IMG/VR virus record: IMGVR_UViG_3300032304_000763
Location: 7,548 to 71,547 of that record
Reading direction: 5' to 3' (one strand)
Source of the DNA: a virus
DNA: 64,000 nt
The stretch's first letter is position 1. Each line of letters starts with the position of its first letter. Below are positions 19,401 through 27,815 of the stretch, in pieces. The notes under the pieces are model-generated. The model searched no databases and was not told the DNA's origin. It saw nothing but the letters and a program-made list of their open reading frames with translations. The position numbers and the translations under genes were made by a program.

Positions 19401-22400
19401 AGTACCAACAACATCTTCATTTACATTCTTTTCAAAATCTAGAGTTGGTGTTACATCAGGTACAACTTTAAAAACTACATATTCTCAAATTAGAAAAGGC
19501 GGATTCTATACCGGAGCATCAATTGGAACTCCAACATTAAACTTATTATCTAACGGAACATCCGGATCGTTTTTAACTGAATTTGGCACACCGACTGGTA
19601 CTACTAGATTTACCGTTGCTAGCGGAAGCATTCCTGCTGTCGGATCACCAATGTCGGCTGCTATTGGCATAGGATTTGGATCACAGGTAACTGCCACAGT
19701 CGGTTCGGGAGGCATAGTAACTGTGCCAACAGTTGTTGGAGATTATACTCCTACACTACTAGGACTAACAACTCTTACCGTTCAAGATGCTACAGGCGTT
19801 GTTAACGGACTCGGCGCCGATGACCAAACTGGATTCTCCACATTTGTAGAATCGGTCGTTGGAAACAACATTACATTTACTAGACCATTCAGCGGAAATG
19901 TTATTGGTAATACTACTACATATACTGCTCTTAGCGGAACCAACGAACTATCGATAGGTTCCTCTGCTACTTTTAACGTTGTTGGCAGTTCAGCAGGATA
20001 TATTTCAGTAGCGGTTAATACCGGCGGCAGTGACTATCAAGTTGGTGATGTACTAAGAGTGCTTGGTACTGATCTTGGAGGCGGAACGAGTCCTGCTAAC
20101 GATTTGTTAATAAAAGTAGCTACAGTGTCAAGCGGTTCAATACTAACTGCCGATGTTATTTCAGGCACCAGCATTATTTCCGCGGGCAATCAAACAGTCA
20201 ACGGTATTAACAACACTTCATACACAGCTACTAGTCCAGACAGTACATTAGGATCGGGTGCGGTTTTTGATATTACAAGAACGGGCATAGGCTTCTCTTC
20301 AGCTATTAACACTGCTGGTTCTGGATATATCATAGGCACTGAATTTTTAGTTCTTGGAAGCGTATTTACAAATAATACCAGTCCAGCCAATGATGTTACT
20401 GTTACAGTAACTAGGACATCCGCTGCGTTTACAGGTTTGTTACAAGATACAACCACACTATCAGGATCGTCGGCACAGTTTAATGTCACAAGGTCGGGTG
20501 ATGTGTATACCAGTTTAGTAGTAGCATTTGCTGGTAGTGGATACGCTGTAAATGAAATTGTAACCATATATGGACTACAGTTAGGTGGAAATACTCCTAG
20601 TCATGATCTTCGAATCCAAGTTGATAACGTGGGCGGCAGCGGTCAAATTATTGCAGCGTCGATTGTGGCAGGAGTGACTGCGAATGCTGAGGCTCCTGGC
20701 AGTTTATCGTTGGTCACAACCGCAGGTACGGGTGATGACAGAGCCACTGTTACCAATGTGCCAACAGTGGTTGTTCCGGGTTCAGGCATAAACGCAGAAT
20801 TTACTTTAACACGTATTGCTAGCGGATACACAACTATTATTGCTACAAGTGGCGGAACTGGCTATATTCCGGGGAATCGAATTAGAATATTAGGCAGTAG
20901 TCTAGGCGGTGTTGATGTAACCAACGATGCAGTGGTAGCAATTACATCAGTTAATCCAGGAGGACAAGTTACTGCGGCAACTGTTACAGGTACTGGTGTG
21001 GCTGGTATTGACTTATCATTGTATTCTTCAGTGACTGTTAGTGAATTTACCACAGGTGTTATTGCTTCGGGTGAAACTCTCGGATTTGGATCTTTGGCAA
21101 CACTACAGGTTATATTCCAACAACCGCACGGTATACCACCGGGTGGTTCGTTTATTGTAGTTGTTACTTCTGACAACGGTTCAAATAATCATGCGTTGGC
21201 CAACGGTTCATTTACAGCTACACAGATTCCAACCAGAACAACTATCACTTTCCAAGCAAGAGCTCCTGGTATTATTACAGGTGCTCCGATTACCGCTACT
21301 ATCTATCCAAGACCAGACAGCTTCTTTACGCACAGACCGTTTGACGGCGGTGTACAGCTGGGCACAGGTGGCCCGCAACACGGTGTTCAGGCAATTCGTC
21401 AAAGTAAAAAGTATATTCGTTACCAGTCTGGTAAGGGTGTTATGTATACCACTGGTGCGTTATTTGCTCCAAGCTATGATGTATTGTCAATTATATCAAC
21501 AGGTGTTGAAGTTGGATCTACTATCGAAATTACTCTAGGCGACAACGATCACGGTTTACAACGAGGGTGTACCATTAGATTAGAAGGTGTAACCACAGGC
21601 GGATATGACGGCGACTTTGTAGTCGATGAAATTGTTTCAGAAAGAACATTTAGAGTTATTGCTACGAGACGAGTAGGTTCAAGAAAACCCGCATTGAGTT
21701 TTAATTGTCAGGTGTCAACAGTAAGTTGGCAAGGTGCTGTGGTACGTGCTGGAGTATTTGATGACCAAAATGGAATATTTTGGGAATATGACGGACAGTT
21801 TCTGTCAGCAGTTCAAAGAACATCAACAAAACAGCTAGCAGGAACGGTGACAATTACACCGGGATCGAATAGGATTACTGGGCTTAACACCAGATTTATA
21901 GATCAATTAAAAGCAGGCGATACAGTGGTGCTTAGGGGAATGACACACGTAGTAACCTATGTTGATAGTCAAACTACTATGTCAGTCACACCTGATTATC
22001 GCGGTGTTAATACAGCGTCAAATGCTAAGATTAGCTTAGTCTCAGAAGTTCGAGTAAAGCAACAGAATTTTAACAAAGATACATTAGACGGAAACGGACC
22101 TAGTGGATATAATCTAGACATTACAAAAATGCAGATGATTGGTATTCAGTATTCATGGTACGGTGCTGGTTTTATTGACTTCATGCTTAGAGGGTCAGAC
22201 GGCAATTACGTGTTTGCTCATCGCATGAGAAACAGTAACATTAATACCGAAGCTTATATGAGAACTGGTAACTTGCCTGTTCGTTACGAAGTATCAAACT
22301 ACGGTGCTGTAACTAGATTGATGGGTGATATTTCCAACACATCAACTGAGCTAATGTTGGAAGACTCGTCAGCATTTCCATCTGTTGGCACGGTATATAT

Positions 22401-24498
22401 TGAAAACGAATTAATTTCATATACTGGCAAAGATGATACTCTTAATAAACTCACTGGATGTACACGATCAGCACAGTTGGAATTATTCTTGTCAGGTGCT
22501 AACAGAAACTTTACAGCAGGAGTCGCGGCTAATCACTCAGATAGAACTGGTGTTATATTATTGAGTAATACTACAACTCCTTTAATCAGTCATTGGGGTT
22601 CAGCGTTCTTAACAGACGGATTATTTGACAGTGATCGTGGTTACATTTTTAACTATGCGTCTACTGGTATTGCTATTAGCACTGTCAAAACCACAGCGTT
22701 CTTAATACGACTTGCTCCTAGTGTTTCAAACGCAGTAGTAGGCGATCTAGGCGACAGAGAATTATTAAATCGTGCTCAATTATTGCTAAAAGGTATTGCT
22801 ATTACTTCCGACACAGGAAGTACTGGTGGTATCGTTGTTGAAGGTGTGTTAAATCCTCAAAACTATCCAACAAATCCCAGCGATGTTGTTTGGTCTTCAT
22901 TAGCAGGTCTAGCAGCAGGCGGACAGCCAAGTTTTGCTCAAGTTGCTCCTGGCGGATCTATTAACTGGGCCGGTGGTGCTAGCCAGATAACTGCTAACGC
23001 TACAGCATTGAATACCATTACCGCAAACATCACTGTACCTAACAATGCTGCCTTTAATCGAGTAGCTGGATCTTCGTTTGTGTACACTACGCAAGCAAGT
23101 TGGAACTCGTCAGGTGCCACAACAGGCTTTTCTATAGCAGCAGCTGATACTAAATTCCAAAGTGGTACAACTATTGGTACAGTGGTAGCAAGTCCTAGTC
23201 CTGTGGCCAACACCCGAAACACTTTGACTTCGTCGATGACCACGTTTTATAGACAGGTTAATACTACAGGAGCATCGGGTAACGGTATAACTGCTACAAT
23301 ATTTTTTAATAACGTTGGGTACACACCATTTCCGATAAACTCTAGAATTACAATATTCAGTATTCAACCAAGCGGATATCAGGGAACGCACATTGTTACT
23401 GGGGCAGGTAATAACTTTGTCCAGTTTAACTCAACAGCATTTGGTGGTCAAAGTGTTCAGGGTACTATAGTAACTGCCTATGCAGCAGGACAAACAGCTC
23501 TCAATATTACAAAAGAAAGTTGGGAAGCAATGACAAACCCTGTGACTATTACTGGGTTTAGGGTTACCTCTGCGTTCCCAGGAGGTACTACAGTATCAGC
23601 AGTATCAGCACTCCAAGGAACAGCAGGAAACCAATATTATAGCGTGACAATGAGTCAGGGATTATCAAATAATCTACCGGCTACAGCCACAGTAATTTCT
23701 ACTAGTTTTGGCGGAGCAGCGACCACTACCAACACGTTGTCGTTCACAGCAGCTAGTTGGACAGCATTGCCGATAGATGTTCCTCAAAATGGAACAACAA
23801 CCAATGATCCTACTAAGTTTGCAAACGGTACTACAATAACTAGCGTTAGTACTCTACGAACTTTTGGTTCTACAGGCTATTACACAGTGACATTTAGTAA
23901 TCCTTGTATCGGAACTATTGATGGTGATGCCACAGTGACATTTACAACTATTCCATATTTTACACTATTTCTAAGTAGAACCACAGCACAGGCAGTGAAT
24001 GCCAACGCAACTATTACGTTATCATTGTCTCAGAATACTAGTCTTACTAACTTTGTGTACCTTACACAAGCAAGTTGGGAAACTTTGGTAACAAACAACG
24101 GGGCGGGTTCGGGTTCTGAGATAAATGATGCCAAATATCCAGCCGGTACTCGCGTAGCTTCAGTGACTCCGTTGAGAACATTCGGCGGTACTAACTACTA
24201 CACAGTAACATTTACACAGACATCGAGTGCGGTAGTAGTTGGCGGCAATACAATTACGTTTAGATTTGGACAACCACCATTTGCGTTACCAGGTGAACAG
24301 GTATTCTCATTCATCAGCTTACCGGGTAGTTCGGATAATTTGGATCTTTCGGAATTAAAAGAGTTAACCAATACTACCTTAGGTGGTAGAGGCACTTTTC
24401 CAAACGGTCCCGACGTACTAGCTATCAACGTGTATAAGGTAACAGGGGCAGCGACCACAGGTAACCTTATCATACGTTGGGGCGAAGCACAAGCCTAA
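16405..24498 (+). CDS. Giant virion structural protein (2697 aa) with five N-terminal phycobiliprotein-like repeats and Gly/Ser/Thr-rich beta repeats
   Basis: Five KCxRD...D..YGGN-type repeats in aa ~20-790; repeated G.gA.F.v...g.gY..gd.i.i.G..lGG..p.nD units; located in the late structural block. Confidence 0.75.
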   Translation: MAKKKIDNYTFRPGISFLGNLYPDEWQSFTDNVPFIKSELTAYLNYRISVDTEVNLYPNAVRLLQNNVAFIQEEATAWIQTQVAGNFSGFVGYTYDVAKCKRDIGYVLDAYLHDLRYGGNEETRIVVGKYWINDEPQVDGDRTPEVKTHEFIRDLITDYIFPRAAYTPIQTSVVRYTIAPSAETTAAARIDTLSAVVTTVIAGGLDVMPAIVYKSATYENYTFNSEKCQRDLGYVLTAYLHDLRYGGNEETLFTIQKYYDNGVLQVDGSGQAEVEGHTFIRNLIINNIMQNEQGVTLYPEAVRLLTLNKAYLQNEIAGWIENEVLDAVKCERDIGYLIDGAKFDIALGTNYNALFLGLAEFNSVDNDFFVIDTINRTKTAIAELANVAASSAAVARNNAFFNEVVDIAEGGRSEADALVLVEPSNATASRIAAKNQLVANKNFLATEVNAWVAAQYPNADHDPVKCERDVKYAIDALCYDMLYGGNSATYDQARFFFYSFDNGATGIDPTHRLQTVAAYVHLKTVIGQVLQGQFVTRTTGNTVTQNLTFPAASPSDTTICQGLVQLTADVVAATNQTQANSILSGFTRTVPSITFATAPLQTAFAAITTNKTAVIDQVVVFKGYTYDEAKCIRDSGYVIDALIYDLEYNGNEESRRIAQKYYIDGVFQVDGSRIPEIAAYTFLQELLTTYIFPRATADSYQQVYPQIKTAPNAETGSYARITELTNIFINFLKTGPAALPAVSVRTVPYQTVEEQVVDTTKSYDPETGEIITTLSNNLINIIQQGVGSLPVKESAGYGLVKFQGAIKLEDILLITNTSKNVVIYNFSTNTAGGQLIAEFDGDDEFVAFKQTTDRVNFLRLHFDTSSMDETDDLQIFVEGAELKVRPYDFGTDAIERHRVAAPQSMLDADFEYGLQPTKWQAIGIARGYPSIYEVPGSDFEVASIITDASFPTNGVGASIITVVTSAPHGLVPGNPITVAGLDTSVSGVSRAEGAFVVVTVPTTSSFTFFSKSRVGVTSGTTLKTTYSQIRKGGFYTGASIGTPTLNLLSNGTSGSFLTEFGTPTGTTRFTVASGSIPAVGSPMSAAIGIGFGSQVTATVGSGGIVTVPTVVGDYTPTLLGLTTLTVQDATGVVNGLGADDQTGFSTFVESVVGNNITFTRPFSGNVIGNTTTYTALSGTNELSIGSSATFNVVGSSAGYISVAVNTGGSDYQVGDVLRVLGTDLGGGTSPANDLLIKVATVSSGSILTADVISGTSIISAGNQTVNGINNTSYTATSPDSTLGSGAVFDITRTGIGFSSAINTAGSGYIIGTEFLVLGSVFTNNTSPANDVTVTVTRTSAAFTGLLQDTTTLSGSSAQFNVTRSGDVYTSLVVAFAGSGYAVNEIVTIYGLQLGGNTPSHDLRIQVDNVGGSGQIIAASIVAGVTANAEAPGSLSLVTTAGTGDDRATVTNVPTVVVPGSGINAEFTLTRIASGYTTIIATSGGTGYIPGNRIRILGSSLGGVDVTNDAVVAITSVNPGGQVTAATVTGTGVAGIDLSLYSSVTVSEFTTGVIASGETLGFGSLATLQVIFQQPHGIPPGGSFIVVVTSDNGSNNHALANGSFTATQIPTRTTITFQARAPGIITGAPITATIYPRPDSFFTHRPFDGGVQLGTGGPQHGVQAIRQSKKYIRYQSGKGVMYTTGALFAPSYDVLSIISTGVEVGSTIEITLGDNDHGLQRGCTIRLEGVTTGGYDGDFVVDEIVSERTFRVIATRRVGSRKPALSFNCQVSTVSWQGAVVRAGVFDDQNGIFWEYDGQFLSAVQRTSTKQLAGTVTITPGSNRITGLNTRFIDQLKAGDTVVLRGMTHVVTYVDSQTTMSVTPDYRGVNTASNAKISLVSEVRVKQQNFNKDTLDGNGPSGYNLDITKMQMIGIQYSWYGAGFIDFMLRGSDGNYVFAHRMRNSNINTEAYMRTGNLPVRYEVSNYGAVTRLMGDISNTSTELMLEDSSAFPSVGTVYIENELISYTGKDDTLNKLTGCTRSAQLELFLSGANRNFTAGVAANHSDRTGVILLSNTTTPLISHWGSAFLTDGLFDSDRGYIFNYASTGIAISTVKTTAFLIRLAPSVSNAVVGDLGDRELLNRAQLLLKGIAITSDTGSTGGIVVEGVLNPQNYPTNPSDVVWSSLAGLAAGGQPSFAQVAPGGSINWAGGASQITANATALNTITANITVPNNAAFNRVAGSSFVYTTQASWNSSGATTGFSIAAADTKFQSGTTIGTVVASPSPVANTRNTLTSSMTTFYRQVNTTGASGNGITATIFFNNVGYTPFPINSRITIFSIQPSGYQGTHIVTGAGNNFVQFNSTAFGGQSVQGTIVTAYAAGQTALNITKESWEAMTNPVTITGFRVTSAFPGGTTVSAVSALQGTAGNQYYSVTMSQGLSNNLPATATVISTSFGGAATTTNTLSFTAASWTALPIDVPQNGTTTNDPTKFANGTTITSVSTLRTFGSTGYYTVTFSNPCIGTIDGDATVTFTTIPYFTLFLSRTTAQAVNANATITLSLSQNTSLTNFVYLTQASWETLVTNNGAGSGSEINDAKYPAGTRVASVTPLRTFGGTNYYTVTFTQTSSAVVVGGNTITFRFGQPPFALPGEQVFSFISLPGSSDNLDLSELKELTNTTLGGRGTFPNGPDVLAINVYKVTGAATTGNLIIRWGEAQA
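16460..18780 (+). repeat. Five protein-level helical repeats with invariant K-C-x-R-D
   Basis: Cys codons at 16702, 17086, 17392, 17800 and 18295 (aa 100, 228, 330, 466, 631). Confidence 0.85.
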
Positions 24499-24502
24499 AA
24501 GG

Positions 24503-24530
24503 TTGACAAACAGGCTCAATGCTGTATAAT
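24503..24530 (+). promoter_or_regulatory. Consensus sigma70 promoter for the heptose operon
   Basis: TTGACA (24503)-N16-TATAAT (24525); ATG follows 6 nt later. Confidence 0.8.
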
Positions 24531-24536
24531 TACAGC

Positions 24537-24932
24537 ATGAGTCTGATTTTTGTTAATGGTACATTTGATATTCTCCACCCGGGACATATTGAACTCCTAA
24601 ACTATGCTAAGAGTTTAGGCAATCACCTCATGATCGGAATTGACTCTGACGAGCGTGTTACACAACTCAAAGGACCCGAGCGTCCAATCAACAATCAACG
24701 CTATAGAGCATTTATGCTTAAAAATTTAAAGGCCGTTGACGAAGTTGTGATTTTTAATACTGACGTAGAACTTATTAATTTAGTTGCTGCCTGTGATATT
24801 ATGGTCAAAGGCAGCGATTACATGGGCAAGCCTATTGTAGGCGAAGCAGTCTGCGACGAACTAATATTTTTTGACAAGTTACATGATTATTCAACAACCA
24901 AAATTATACAAGATATTATTGCTGGGAGATGA
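24537..24932 (+). CDS. hldC: D-glycero-beta-D-manno-heptose 1-phosphate adenylyltransferase (HldE domain II / RfaE2)
   Basis: NGTFDILHPGH (HxGH), DSDERV..LKG.ERPIN, VKGSDY, YSTTKII. Confidence 0.85.
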   Translation: MSLIFVNGTFDILHPGHIELLNYAKSLGNHLMIGIDSDERVTQLKGPERPINNQRYRAFMLKNLKAVDEVVIFNTDVELINLVAACDIMVKGSDYMGKPIVGEAVCDELIFFDKLHDYSTTKIIQDIIAGR

Positions 24933-25638
24933 CTGTCACGACATTTACACTTATGGCTATGTAAATCGTATCAGTCCTGAAGCACCTGTTCCTGTTTTTG
25001 AACCACACTATACTATTCACAAAGATGGCATGGCTGGCAATGTGTGTAAGAATCTAGAAGCATTGGGGTGTACAGTTAACTTTCTACACGGCAAAACCAG
25101 CGAGAAGAATAGATTAATTGATGAACGCACCAAGCAACAATTATTGCGTATGGATAAAGATGCCAAGTGCGATCCAATCACGTTTGAAACCGCAATACTG
25201 CCCGGGTATGATGCTATTGTGATCAGTGACTACAACAAAGGCACAGTGACTTACGAATTGATAGAAGAGCTGGTTAAAGAAGTAAATGTGCCTGTCTTCG
25301 TTGACACAAAGAAAACAGACCTAGCAAGACTCTCAGGTTGCTATGTCAAGATCAATGCCCTAGAAAAAAGTCGAGCAACAAGTTTACCCGACTCAGAACA
25401 TTTGATTGTCACACACGGCGGAGACGGTGCAGTATGGAATGGTTGGGTCTATTCCGCTGAAATTGTAGGTGATGTAACTGATGTATGCGGAGCAGGAGAT
25501 ACATTTTTAGCAGCACTAGTATATAAGTTTTTAGAAACAAAACACATGCCCGAGGCAATAAAGTTTGCTAACAAAGCAGCAGCAGTGACAGTACAACACG
25601 TGGGAGTGTATACTCCGAGATTAGAGGAAATAAAATGA
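24883..25638 (+). CDS. hldA: Heptose-7-phosphate kinase (HldE domain I / RfaE1, PfkB family)
   Basis: RISPEAPVPV, GMAGNV..NL.ALG, SDYNKG, DVCGAGDTF. Confidence 0.88.
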   Translation: MIIQQPKLYKILLLGDDCHDIYTYGYVNRISPEAPVPVFEPHYTIHKDGMAGNVCKNLEALGCTVNFLHGKTSEKNRLIDERTKQQLLRMDKDAKCDPITFETAILPGYDAIVISDYNKGTVTYELIEELVKEVNVPVFVDTKKTDLARLSGCYVKINALEKSRATSLPDSEHLIVTHGGDGAVWNGWVYSAEIVGDVTDVCGAGDTFLAALVYKFLETKHMPEAIKFANKAAAVTVQHVGVYTPRLEEIK

Positions 25639-26003
25639 CACAAAGACTAACAGGTAAAGTTGATAAAGGATGGGGCTACGAAATTATTTGGGCTACCACT
25701 GACCAGTATTGCGGGAAAATCTTAGTTTTTGAAAAGGCTGGAAATAAATTTTCTATGCACTTTCACAAAAACAAAGACGAAACATGGTTTGTAAATTCAG
25801 GCAAATTTAAGTTACGTTGGATTGATACTAAAGATGCTAAAATTTATGAACAAGAATTAAACGAAGGCGACACATGGCACAATCCTCCGCTACAGCCGCA
25901 TCAATTAGAAGCAATGACGGACGGTGCTATGATATTCGAAGTGAGCACTGCAGACTCTGTTGAAGATAATCACAGACTAATTCCGGGAGATAGTCAAAAA
26001 TGA
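25635..26003 (+). CDS. Cupin-fold protein (sugar isomerase-like)
   Basis: KGWGYE...SMHFH..KDETW...HQLEA...EVST cupin motifs. Confidence 0.7.
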   Translation: MTQRLTGKVDKGWGYEIIWATTDQYCGKILVFEKAGNKFSMHFHKNKDETWFVNSGKFKLRWIDTKDAKIYEQELNEGDTWHNPPLQPHQLEAMTDGAMIFEVSTADSVEDNHRLIPGDSQK

Positions 26004-26308
26004 TTTATATTATCGACATTGACGGTACTATATGTTCTATGGAATTTGACAGCGACGGCAACGCCGATTATTCTAAGAGCAAGCCCTATATGGACAGAAT
26101 TGCTAAACTCAATCAGATGTACGATGAGGGCCACGAAATCCATTACTACACTGCTAGAGGTAGTAGGTCGGGCATTGACAGGACTGAAATAACTCATAAA
26201 CAGATGGAAGAGTGGGGTGCTAAATTTGACAGTCTTCAGCTAAAAAAGCCTCATTATGATTTGTGGATCGATGACAAATCAGTTCACCCGGATCAATTTT
26301 TCAAATGA
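26000..26308 (+). CDS. Small HAD-superfamily phosphatase (possible GmhB substitute)
   Basis: DIDGTIC, YYTARG, KP.YDLWIDDK. Confidence 0.7.
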   Translation: MIYIIDIDGTICSMEFDSDGNADYSKSKPYMDRIAKLNQMYDEGHEIHYYTARGSRSGIDRTEITHKQMEEWGAKFDSLQLKKPHYDLWIDDKSVHPDQFFK

Positions 26309-27195
26309 TTATAGTAACTGGCGGTGCTGGATTTATTGGATCTAATTTAATCAAAGAATTAAATCGTAGATCTATTACAAACATACTAGTTGTTGACAAT
26401 GTCAACACAGATAACGAACACAACTTAAACAACTTAGTGTTTGCGGATCTAGTACCAACTAATAAATTTTACGGAAGTTTTGACAGTTGGTATAAAATAG
26501 ATGCGGTGTTTCACGAAGGTGCTATTTCTTCTACAACAGAAACAAATCAAAGTCTCATAGATCAGTATAACTTACAGCCAAGCTACTGGCTTATAGACAA
26601 AGCAGATCAATATGGATTTAAGCTGTCGTATGCTAGTTCAGCATCAGTATACGGCGATGTTATGACATTTAAAGAAACACAGCCGTTAACTCCAAAGTCG
26701 TTGTATGCTATTGGTAAGATGCGAGTTGATCAATATGCTCAATCAATGTTGTTAGATAATCCTAATTGTATTATACAGGGGTGGAGATATTTCAATGTCT
26801 ACGGCAATAACGAAACTCATAAAAAAGATCAAGCAAGTCCAATAACTAAATTTTGTTCGCAGGCAAAAACCACTGGCGAAATTAAAGTGTTTAAAGGCAG
26901 TGAAAATTTTCTTAGAGATTTCATCTGTGTTGACGATATTGTGAATATTAAATTATCAATATTAGAAAAAGAATTTAAGGGAATTGTAAATCTAGGCACA
27001 GGTACTGCTAGATCTTTCTTGTCAATAGCAGAAGCTGTAGCAAAAAAATATTCTAGTCAAATTGTAGAAATTGATTTCCCACAAAATCTGTTGGCACAAT
27101 ATCAAAAATACACCTGTGCCAATACAGATACGTTGTCAACACTTGTTGGGGATTATAAATTTAAGACTATTGAGTCTTTTCTTTTAGATCAATAA
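26305..27195 (+). CDS. hldD: ADP-L-glycero-D-manno-heptose 6-epimerase
   Basis: IIVTGGAGFIGSN, FHEGAISSTTE, YASSASVYG, YxxxK, RYFNVYG.NE.HK, RDFI.VDD, YQKYTCA. Confidence 0.9.
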   Translation: MIIVTGGAGFIGSNLIKELNRRSITNILVVDNVNTDNEHNLNNLVFADLVPTNKFYGSFDSWYKIDAVFHEGAISSTTETNQSLIDQYNLQPSYWLIDKADQYGFKLSYASSASVYGDVMTFKETQPLTPKSLYAIGKMRVDQYAQSMLLDNPNCIIQGWRYFNVYGNNETHKKDQASPITKFCSQAKTTGEIKVFKGSENFLRDFICVDDIVNIKLSILEKEFKGIVNLGTGTARSFLSIAEAVAKKYSSQIVEIDFPQNLLAQYQKYTCANTDTLSTLVGDYKFKTIESFLLDQ

Positions 27196-27421
27196 TCTTT
27201 TTTTCTAAAGAAACTCTTAGAGATTTTAGTCTATTTCTTGCTTCGATCTGTGTAGAAAAATTAGAAGAAATAAATTCAACGCTGGTATCCAACATATTTG
27301 CCTGAGAAAGAAATTGTTTATACATATTTTCTATCTCGGTATTTTTTGTCTCTTTTATTATTTCTTCGTATCTACGGCAATCGTTGATAAAATTTTTACT
27401 TTTGGTAATAGATAGTTTCAT
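27167..27421 (-). CDS. Hypothetical protein (84 aa)
   Basis: ORF coupled to the upstream minus-strand gene. Confidence 0.5.
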   Translation of the reverse strand: MKLSITKSKNFINDCRRYEEIIKETKNTEIENMYKQFLSQANMLDTSVEFISSNFSTQIEARNRLKSLRVSLEKKIIDLKEKTQ

Positions 27422-27804
27422 TGTGAATTCTCCATTAATAAAATTGTATCTATTTTAGTTTTGATAATTTTATTCGTTAATGTAGTTTTTAATCCAGTAT
27501 GAAGACCTTTAGGCAGGGTATTAAGTGTAGTCCAACAAAATGTTTGATCATTAGATGGTACAAATTCCGAGTCTACTAAACAGATATAAGTTGAAAATTC
27601 AAACCCGCTGTCTTGACTAACGTATAGTTCAACTGGCACCAGCCTAGCATCCTTACCGTGGTATTCGTGGATTATAGCCTGGGCATCTTCGACAACTGAG
27701 TGGTATCTAGCAAAGCTAGGCACAGTCCATTTGAGGTTTTCTAAGATCAATAAAACCCTAGAAGATTTTTTGGAAATAAAAAGAATACCGGCATGTTTCT
27801 GCAT
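27418..27804 (-). CDS. Degenerate NUDIX-fold-like protein
   Basis: AGILF.S....RVLLI..W.VP N-terminus and W...LP..LH.GL C-terminus are NUDIX-like, but there is no intact Nudix box; start chosen 5 nt after TACATA. Confidence 0.45.
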   Translation of the reverse strand: MQKHAGILFISKKSSRVLLILENLKWTVPSFARYHSVVEDAQAIIHEYHGKDARLVPVELYVSQDSGFEFSTYICLVDSEFVPSNDQTFCWTTLNTLPKGLHTGLKTTLTNKIIKTKIDTILLMENSQ

Positions 27805-27815
27805 GCTAGTATGTA

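Noticed and set aside
3013-24473. Numerous 60-185-aa antisense and alternative-frame ORFs within the giant structural genes
   Set aside because: Shadow ORFs expected from Gly/Ala/Thr/Val-rich codon usage; no motifs, SD or promoters.
16405-24498. Calling this a true phycobilisome subunit or evidence of a cyanophage
   Set aside because: The repeats are embedded in a virion-type protein and appear to lack the N-terminal X/Y helices. No photosynthesis genes are visible here, so the host cannot be assigned from this.
27418-27804. Active NUDIX hydrolase
   Set aside because: The GX5EX7REUXEEXGU box is absent; only flanking similarity remains.
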